Shown here piece by piece: positions 57,601 through 64,000 of a DNA stretch of 64,000 nucleotides. The stretch's first letter is position 1. Each line of letters opens with the position of its first letter. The stretch is from sequence record PV593634.1. One strand, 5' to 3'. The translations under genes were made by a program, and so were the position numbers. The notes under the pieces were generated by a model that did not search any database, was not told where the DNA came from, and worked only from the letters and a program-made list of their open reading frames with translations.

Positions 57601-59175
57601 TACGGCAGTTTCAGTAGGAGTGAATTCATAAGTGGCTTGGAAATCGCCATTAACACCTTTCCCGGAAACATAGAACAATTCATTTTTGTCATTGGTAGGT
57701 TGAGACACACCAACAGCCCCGGCCCCCGTTTGTGATACCAGTCTGTATGTTCCAGGGAGTGTGACTAGCGCGTCACCGCGCTGCTGTTGCGCTTTCAAAA
57801 GAATAGGTGTAAATCCTTCCGTTCTTCCATCAATAACCTTAGGTTCATAAGTAGCTACTACAGGAGCAGCTTCAATAACATCACCATAATCAGCAAGGCG
57901 TCCATACTGCCACTGTTTCTCCCACAAAGGGGTTTCTGCTTCAAAGCGAACTTTCAAATACATCGCTTGTATATTATAAGTTTGCTTGCGATAATCCACA
58001 GCATGTCTGGTAGCGAACTGTCTTAGAGAGTTAAGTGGGACATTGGTGAATGGCTCTTTATATAGGTTCGCAAATGTAACCATATCGATCCCAACTAACT
58101 CACCTTTCTCTATAATAGCACCTTTGGCTGTCGGGCGATTTGAAGCATCGTAGTTATCAGGATAGTTAAGGTCTGTAACTTGCCATACCCAATTTTCGTC
58201 ACTATTCGCCAGTACTTTATACTTGGGTAGAATTCCAAATTGTGTTGGGAAAGCAGCAGGTCTTTTATGACAATACCATGACGTACCAGAACGAGCGGTA
58301 ACCCCGTTATAAACCATAACCACGTTAATGATGTAGTTTGTTTTGACAGAGACTTCTGGTAAGAACTCCCCCACCAAACCTTCAGGCAGTGCCTCTATGA
58401 ATTTGACCCCTGCGTCATCAGCAGCAACGTTACCGGCCAACCGAACACTCATGCCAGGAGCGTTGTAAGCTACTGGATTAACACCGCGATAGTATTTACA
58501 GAAGACAATTTGCTTATCTCCTTTAACACCATTGATGGTACGATAACGAGGTTCGATCCAGATACGAAGATCTGTGGCATTGGAAGCAACTACGTCGGCA
58601 TAACCTTGCAATACAACAGTCTTAGTCGGCTCCTCAGGTCTAAAGACATGCACCATGAACCATTTGCTATCACCAAGCTCCACTCCCGTCACATCCATGC
58701 GATGGGTGACACCATCTTCCAATACACCCTTATATTCTATTCCTAGTCCAGAGTTCGTATTAACGGTGTTGTTAACACCGATCTCACCAGCCCCAAGTAG
58801 TCTACCGTGATAGCTTACCTGGAACTGTACCATGAAGCCATTGGTTAATAGGACACGTTCATGCCCGTCAAACGACCCAACAATACGAACTACTAACTGA
58901 CTGGCTGTAGTTCCTTTTACTGTGACATCTGTTTTGGCTTCGAGAGGGAAAGGACTACCTTCCCAATCCACCTCTAATTTGAAAGTTGCTTCCTCGGTAA
59001 GATCTGTCTCATCTGCACCCACAACGGTAAAACTATAGTCACCATTTGGTTTGAGATAAGGGGACGGTTGTCCCCCTACTTCGATGGCAGTAAGACGGAC
59101 ATCTTTAGTGATATCCGTCCCAGTGATAGGATCATTGACCGCGAAAGGAACCGATGACGATTGGTTTAATTCCAC
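54616..59175 (-). CDS. 1519-aa Ig-like repeat protein (colinear paralog of 59192..63793)
   Basis: Starts MELNQSSSVPFAV and ends PVTLTQSVLNPE; GTG start after AGGA. Confidence 0.7.
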   Translation of the reverse strand: MELNQSSSVPFAVNDPITGTDITKDVRLTAIEVGGQPSPYLKPNGDYSFTVVGADETDLTEEATFKLEVDWEGSPFPLEAKTDVTVKGTTASQLVVRIVGSFDGHERVLLTNGFMVQFQVSYHGRLLGAGEIGVNNTVNTNSGLGIEYKGVLEDGVTHRMDVTGVELGDSKWFMVHVFRPEEPTKTVVLQGYADVVASNATDLRIWIEPRYRTINGVKGDKQIVFCKYYRGVNPVAYNAPGMSVRLAGNVAADDAGVKFIEALPEGLVGEFLPEVSVKTNYIINVVMVYNGVTARSGTSWYCHKRPAAFPTQFGILPKYKVLANSDENWVWQVTDLNYPDNYDASNRPTAKGAIIEKGELVGIDMVTFANLYKEPFTNVPLNSLRQFATRHAVDYRKQTYNIQAMYLKVRFEAETPLWEKQWQYGRLADYGDVIEAAPVVATYEPKVIDGRTEGFTPILLKAQQQRGDALVTLPGTYRLVSQTGAGAVGVSQPTNDKNELFYVSGKGVNGDFQATYEFTPTETAVGKQTFVINLVADTAPVLKMIPGDVQTVMFQEFTVPPFQVLVNDQDVTGQIRNVQLVPNNVYLKTDPNNPNKWSVADNPGKVATGTRGVFTYEVLVDGVWETHVGYGQYRIPAWDGITFKVSADYGRGVGVITEIPISRNNTNRFTVWPEYKGKTLKSGFSGIVQVGTWFTAPIRIIGPTDDDLGVIIEYTVPDTSGAASNACVLTLTIDDTPGTTVGLNKWAGNFTGIYVTKGLYVLPITLVPSTQPYARPYSWDAKIYYSGKLLKPNDPRLSYEMSNAGASPVIIDIVGIEDRYMWFAFNRDPGTAGTFINRIYVTYNDGVKPPEGSGYVDVKATFSTTNLIPVTLKALKEPLGNAENIIPVEFQRSGYSISKPTTVLSLSGKNDPSTGNALLGELELIGAPGDIYRDALKFKSGWTGGKIIVNMVAVFPDLADNWVLRDSELIIPPALITVTPNKTSFEGFKGSSTEVKFTLSQERFIDDSIVQYNFANATIAGTAVTTGPIQSVNEIKNVNGEFSANFIGGGAAGDVTAEFTVTDTDGFSYKVTLAIEATVDSSGMAFTLSKSSITGVAGYQETIPGTLLWNGSKLNMADGNINYTVEPAGYGQVVGKGANDITVRIIKNTDADETVECKVIANWSGRTTPADLTINVNKNLEVTPKVMNVKVWDKLTGVPFTINQTGGGTVTPIDVSRLPNENILELNPTGTYQIVSETARPAGPLVVTWEYGLPDDASGKRYTIDITYNVAEYDGNELTFTITGTRAGSWGSSSWIQIKPFYRGEEITTPIRYKGYGEGGSKYVTYKSSVEYTGRVRIDYTINSGIFVIDGVQYFVITAVGGYPGNPTGEMQVPVEFTTYNPNYPFQVSPWTPLAISGKYGDTFVIKGKANYDGTNMKLSEGTWLEPIPNDVIELVPGSIADDSFTVRFIKDIDVNSKETVVRLGFTNPWRPTLTSRSDLTVTQTALQLRLTPAPGFQSTGQGDVDNPVTLTQSVLNPE

Positions 59176-59191
59176 GATAATTTCCTGTTAG

Positions 59192-62100
59192 TTATTCCGG
59201 GTTGAGAACGCCCTGTTTAAGAGTCACAGGATTCTCCATATCCCCAGAGCCTGTTGATTCGAAACCAGGAGCTGCTGTCAACTTCATACTGACTGCTTGT
59301 TGTGTTACAGTCAATGCTCCTCTACCCTGTGTTTCCCCAGTGACATTCAACCGTGCATCAAGAGTCGTTGTCACTGTGTTAACATCGATGTCTTTAAGGA
59401 ATCTAACTTTAAATCCATCCTTAGTTTTAGAACCAGGTACTGTTTCTAAGATCCCTTGCGGATAGAATAGCATATCTGTATACACAGCTTGCATCAAGTC
59501 AGATGGTGTTCCATTACGCCATACCTTAAAGTTGAGCTGATACTCCTCACCGAATTTACCCACCAATGGATTAGGATTAAAGTCACTCAATCCCGTTGGA
59601 ATGTTCGGATTGTAAATGCTGACAATGAGTGTAGCGACGGCGATATCTTTGCCTAACACATTCCCTGTAGGACTAACTCTGATAGACCAAGTGTTTGGCT
59701 TACCATAGAGTTCAACATTTTTACCTCTGAGTGTTAAGCGACCTTGACCTGGGAAGTTGGTATAACCTTCCTGGTTAACACAAGGTACGTCTATAGTCCC
59801 TAGGTTGGTTGGGTTTTCTGTAGCAGGTTCGGCTTTACGATAAACGTAGAAGTCAGCTTGGAACGACCCGTTATATACAGTTCGATATAGTTCGGCAGAA
59901 GGAATGATCTCCAACTCATGGCCGTTAAACTCAGCCACGTTGTAGGTGATATCTATGGTCCTTTTGACTTCTTCCGGATCTGTCGGTAAACGATATTCCC
60001 ATGTAACTATTTCGGTTCGGGCTGGCATTACACCTTCACCTTTCACAGTCCACATGTTCACAGCCGGTTTATTCCTGTTCTCCATCTTAACGGCGATTAC
60101 AACATTGTCGTTAACTGGTTTACAGTCTAATACCGTATTTGTGATATCAACTTCACCTTCCTTCATTACAAAAGGATAACCGTTAATACGTTCCCAGACC
60201 TTAACGTTGAATACCTTAGGTTCGATACTCAAGTTTTTCTTAACGTTTACCGTTACTGGTTGAGAAGCGGTCATGCCTAAGAAATTGGCAGTGATATTAA
60301 CCACCTGGGTTACGTCATCAGGGGAATTACGCACAATACGAAGATCGAACGTTCCAGCTGTTCCGTTCTCGAATTCAACCCAACCTTCAGGCTCAACCGA
60401 ATAGATCATATTGCCGTTAGCGTTATCCCAACGAAGATCGGTATCATTATACTTAACCGTACCAGTTATCGTTGTTACATCACCAGCGACTCCTGTCACA
60501 ACGTTGTTCTGAAGAACCATCGACATCTGACTTGAATCGATAACCGCATTGACGTTTAGAACAACATCATGACTATCACCGTCGTCTTCAGTAATCGTCA
60601 GAGTTATTGTGCCAGGTCCTTGGGTAGCGTTACCGTAGACATCAACAATAAAGGTCCCATTGTTGTTAAAGGCACCTGAAGCTTCCTTGATAGAGCCAGT
60701 AACTGCACCAACAGGATAAATGTCAGCGTTAGCAAAGTTATGCGTAACTAACTCCTCACCGATAAGACGTTGTTGTGATAAGGTGAAGCGGATCTCTGTT
60801 TTGCGGTTTGCTATACCATCAATTTGATCAGTGGCTTGTGTTACTACAATTGGCGCTGCTGGAACGGTGAATGTAAGCGGTACTGAGGTATTTGGATAAC
60901 TAGCTGAACCAAACGTCATGGAATAGGTGATATCTCCACCTTTATATCCAGAACTAAATTTCAAGTGCCCAGTATTTACATACTCAACCCTGTTCTTGAC
61001 AACGTCAGAATCTTCCGGAGTTACCTTAAAGTAAGGAGCGGTTAACGGTACAATTGATTTAGGATCTAAAGGGGGGTTGTTTGCTACCTTGACATCTATA
61101 GGGATCAAGTTATCTTTATTGGGAAGCGGCGCTTCTTTAAGTATTACATTTATTGGAGCAATTTCCCTTGACTTACTAAATCCAACAGGGAAGAATGCTT
61201 CAGCGGATGTATACTTAACACCGTCCTTAACATAGTCGACAACGAAATACTGGTTGTACGTACTCTCACTTGGTGGATACTTGGTAACAAAAAGATAAGT
61301 TATGTTAACGGTTGATGATACTGGCATGACATATGCGTTCTTTCCATTAACACCTGTATCGATAATTCTTACTGTGATATTAGGATCATTATTAGGAATA
61401 ACATCCCCATCCCATTTGAATACAGGCTTCCATGTCAAGGTGTTATTTAAACCTGTCGGAGAAGAGGTAGGGGTTGCTGTCACAACAGATATTCCTTTAG
61501 GAACCGCAGTACAGTTGACCCATTCAAACACTTTGGTTTGTTTGTCAACTAACTCGGCATCAGGAATTCCTTTTACTTTATAAGTAAATAGTTGGGTATT
61601 AGTTACAAATGAGGTATTAGCCTCTACGGTAACAATTACCCCATCACCAGCTTCATTAACAACCTGTTTGCGAATGGTCAAATTACTGCTTAAAGGGGAA
61701 AGCTCAATAAGATCAGCTGCTGGTCTGCCTTTGTAAGTAGGGTAGAACGTGAAATCTTTATTCCCGCCGACAGGTATGGTCAGAACTTTACCTACTCTGT
61801 CACCAGCTACGTATTCTGCATTAGCTACTAACCAGACTCCATCCCAAGCAGCAATACGGTAATCACCTGCACCTACACAGTTATAAGTAACTCCATTCAC
61901 TTCAACGTCATATGTGAAGTAGGTCCTGGTTGTAGTTTCTGTTGTAAGAGCATTTACAATCTCCCACTCAGTCGTACTCCCCTCCACATATTTAACATAA
62001 GTTGTTTCCATCAACTTGATGTTTTTAACTTTGCTAGTTTCTAATGTCCCATTAACGATCGCACCATTTACCTTGACGTTAAATGGAAGCACCTTAAATC

Positions 62101-63793
62101 GATCCCAGATTTTGGTAGAGGTGACAAATGGTTCATAGTCGATATCCAAAGTGTTATCGGCTCTGATGGTAAACTGAACTGTTTGTCCTGTAATTTGGTT
62201 ATCGGCACTACGGAATGTCATACTGGCTACAGCTTCTCCAGATACACCACGAGTAGTGAACTGAAGCATGGCATTGCCTTCAGGCGTTGTCGTAAGCTGT
62301 CTATACTGAAGAGAACCCGTTACCGTGGCTGTGCTAAAGACACCTGGAATACGAACCTTTTGCCCATCACGTTCTTGCCAGGCAGAAATGAGTACAGAAG
62401 GATATCTACCCGCTATACCGGTAACAACTTCTGTGTTTAACCGATATTCAATAGGGGCCATTTCGATTGTGGTTTCTGCATTGAGACGCCACATGGTCTG
62501 ATACAGAGCAGGATCGGTGATAAAAGGAAGATCCAGAACAAATCCAGATAGTAAAACTCTTTGCTTCATCCAACTGGCAGAAATCTCTTTAACCAATTGG
62601 TTAATTGAGTTCAAAGGCGTCCCAGGTTCAACAACTACCTGTTGAATGATACCACCACCAGAGAACTGGTTAACAAAGATACTACCCGCTCTGACCTTGG
62701 CACCTTCTATAGTGTACCACGGCGGTATGTTCAATCCGTTAACTGGTCCAAACTGAGTAACGAGCTTCTGTACTTGGTTGGCGAACAAAGGCTGTTGCAT
62801 TACCGCTGTGGACATCATATCGGTTCCTGGAACCCATGTGACATCAACCCTTGCTACAGCTTCAGATCCAGTATATCCCGCCTTGAGATCGAATTGTCCA
62901 TAGAAAGATCCAGCTACCGGATTGCTGGAAGCAACCGTAGGTTTACCTAATATCTTAAAAGTGATGTGGTCTTCGAATCGTTCATCAATTGTTATGACAG
63001 TACTTACGTTTGGTACATTCGTGGAACCCACTAATGTGAGTGTAAGACCTGGATCGTTTAACTTAATTGGGATCCCGTCTTTATATACAGTAAACCAACC
63101 GTTAATTAATTCTCCCTGATGACCAAATATAGAACCAGACGCCTGATGGATTGGCTGAATGCGCATCCCAGCAACACCAACCCTCAGATTCATGTCGATC
63201 TGGATCCAATCCTCCCCTTCTACCAATCCAGTAGTTCCTTTTCTCAGGACATAAAACGTGAAGGGTCCGATCATTGTATCGGCACCTTGCCATTTAACAT
63301 CCAGCGTTTTGCCATCTGCTTTGGTGGTTACACTAATAAATTTGATTGGGTAGGCGGTGTCTGGTGGAGTACCAGGTTTGTGCTTCTGAATTATTACGTC
63401 GTCAGCCGTTAAGTCTATACCACGGTAACTACTTTGTAACTCCATATTTAAAACTGAGTTAACAGGTGCGACAATAACAGAACCTAAAGGCTTAAGAACA
63501 CTTACTTTCATGAAGTCAGCTTGAGTAGCCTGAATCGTCATGTCTGTTGTAGCGGTTAATCGATGGACTTCCCCGTCAAAGGGAACGTCCAGGGTAAATG
63601 TTGTCGGAGTTACAATCTCATCTCGTGCAGCGTTCACAACTGTAAAGGTGTAATCGCCATTCGGTTGAAAGTAGGGGAAGTCTCCCTCCCCTACTGATTC
63701 AATAGAAATAAGCTGGACATCTTTCGTGATATCCAGCCCGGAGATAGGATCTGTAACTGCGAACGGGACAGCACTAGACTGTTTCAGTTCCAC
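59192..63793 (-). CDS. 1533-aa Ig-like repeat protein
   Basis: Starts MELKQSSAVPFAV and ends PVTLKQGVLNPE; GTG start after AAGGA. Confidence 0.7.
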   Translation of the reverse strand: MELKQSSAVPFAVTDPISGLDITKDVQLISIESVGEGDFPYFQPNGDYTFTVVNAARDEIVTPTTFTLDVPFDGEVHRLTATTDMTIQATQADFMKVSVLKPLGSVIVAPVNSVLNMELQSSYRGIDLTADDVIIQKHKPGTPPDTAYPIKFISVTTKADGKTLDVKWQGADTMIGPFTFYVLRKGTTGLVEGEDWIQIDMNLRVGVAGMRIQPIHQASGSIFGHQGELINGWFTVYKDGIPIKLNDPGLTLTLVGSTNVPNVSTVITIDERFEDHITFKILGKPTVASSNPVAGSFYGQFDLKAGYTGSEAVARVDVTWVPGTDMMSTAVMQQPLFANQVQKLVTQFGPVNGLNIPPWYTIEGAKVRAGSIFVNQFSGGGIIQQVVVEPGTPLNSINQLVKEISASWMKQRVLLSGFVLDLPFITDPALYQTMWRLNAETTIEMAPIEYRLNTEVVTGIAGRYPSVLISAWQERDGQKVRIPGVFSTATVTGSLQYRQLTTTPEGNAMLQFTTRGVSGEAVASMTFRSADNQITGQTVQFTIRADNTLDIDYEPFVTSTKIWDRFKVLPFNVKVNGAIVNGTLETSKVKNIKLMETTYVKYVEGSTTEWEIVNALTTETTTRTYFTYDVEVNGVTYNCVGAGDYRIAAWDGVWLVANAEYVAGDRVGKVLTIPVGGNKDFTFYPTYKGRPAADLIELSPLSSNLTIRKQVVNEAGDGVIVTVEANTSFVTNTQLFTYKVKGIPDAELVDKQTKVFEWVNCTAVPKGISVVTATPTSSPTGLNNTLTWKPVFKWDGDVIPNNDPNITVRIIDTGVNGKNAYVMPVSSTVNITYLFVTKYPPSESTYNQYFVVDYVKDGVKYTSAEAFFPVGFSKSREIAPINVILKEAPLPNKDNLIPIDVKVANNPPLDPKSIVPLTAPYFKVTPEDSDVVKNRVEYVNTGHLKFSSGYKGGDITYSMTFGSASYPNTSVPLTFTVPAAPIVVTQATDQIDGIANRKTEIRFTLSQQRLIGEELVTHNFANADIYPVGAVTGSIKEASGAFNNNGTFIVDVYGNATQGPGTITLTITEDDGDSHDVVLNVNAVIDSSQMSMVLQNNVVTGVAGDVTTITGTVKYNDTDLRWDNANGNMIYSVEPEGWVEFENGTAGTFDLRIVRNSPDDVTQVVNITANFLGMTASQPVTVNVKKNLSIEPKVFNVKVWERINGYPFVMKEGEVDITNTVLDCKPVNDNVVIAVKMENRNKPAVNMWTVKGEGVMPARTEIVTWEYRLPTDPEEVKRTIDITYNVAEFNGHELEIIPSAELYRTVYNGSFQADFYVYRKAEPATENPTNLGTIDVPCVNQEGYTNFPGQGRLTLRGKNVELYGKPNTWSIRVSPTGNVLGKDIAVATLIVSIYNPNIPTGLSDFNPNPLVGKFGEEYQLNFKVWRNGTPSDLMQAVYTDMLFYPQGILETVPGSKTKDGFKVRFLKDIDVNTVTTTLDARLNVTGETQGRGALTVTQQAVSMKLTAAPGFESTGSGDMENPVTLKQGVLNPE

Positions 63794-63813
63794 AATTATA
63801 TTTCCTTTGTTAA

Positions 63814-64000
63814 TTACTGAGCAACTTCAACCTTGAACGGAGTAGCGTAAGACTTACCATACTCAACAGTCATTGGTGTGAGGTTAGTGATTACCGGTCT
63901 TGCTTCAACAGGGTTCTGCGTAACGGTAATGTCTACAACATATTCACTTCTTCCTTTGTAAGTGAACTTCAGTTGTGCTGTACGAGCTATAGGCACTGAG
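63814..64000 (-). CDS. 3' end of a further Ig-like repeat gene entering from beyond the window
   Basis: Frame open to the window edge; ends PVITNLTPMTVEYGKSYATPFKVEVAQ, the start of a family repeat. Confidence 0.7.
   Translation of the reverse strand, partial: SVPIARTAQLKFTYKGRSEYVVDITVTQNPVEARPVITNLTPMTVEYGKSYATPFKVEVAQ

Noticed and set aside
49718-63412. Numerous 60-130 aa plus-strand ORFs opposite the Ig-like array
   Set aside because: Antisense shadows without RBS or coherent operon structure.
48894-64000. Stop-codon readthrough or one frameshifted giant gene
   Set aside because: Spacers of 20, 16, 16, 11 and 13 nt are all out of frame, each has its own RBS, and terminal sequences recur between genes, which argues against sequencing errors.
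1-64000. tRNA/rRNA genes and alternative genetic code
   Set aside because: Intergenic gaps are short and hold only single hairpins; standard-code ORFs tile the window densely, so no recoding is needed.

Overview
A 64 kb segment of a phiKZ-related jumbo myophage. The basis is phiKZ-type baseplate/tail genes, an HxH central-spike gene divergent from an SbcC/Rad50 ATPase, a gp144-like transglycosylase and head proteins carrying (S/A/G)-x-E maturation motifs. An NAD-dependent ligase and a TTTCAAACATACATTATC promoter tentatively suggest the EL/OBP-like branch. Layout: (1) 1-19.7 kb: baseplate/tail module with RuvC, a candidate holin, an overlapping i-/o-spanin pair, three paralogous tail-fibre-like giants (the third ending in about 21 DUF285/BspA-type repeats) and the central spike. 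(2) 19.7-32.9 kb: SbcC, signal-peptide transglycosylase, LigA, RNase H and two paralogous head proteins, one fused to a P-loop domain. (3) 32.9-48.8 kb: a dense early/accessory region of small hypothetical genes, several too short for the ORF track. (4) 48.9-64 kb: a minus-strand array of at least six paralogous beta-rich repeat proteins. The most notable observation is in (4). Each gene ends with the first strand(s) of a repeat domain, and genes begin with a domain lacking its first strand, in three matching junction types. This suggests a modular fibre assembled head-to-tail by strand complementation, ending in a 222-aa subunit that could self-polymerise. No tRNA, rRNA, CRISPR array or mobile element was found. 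All family assignments come from motif reading, not database searches.
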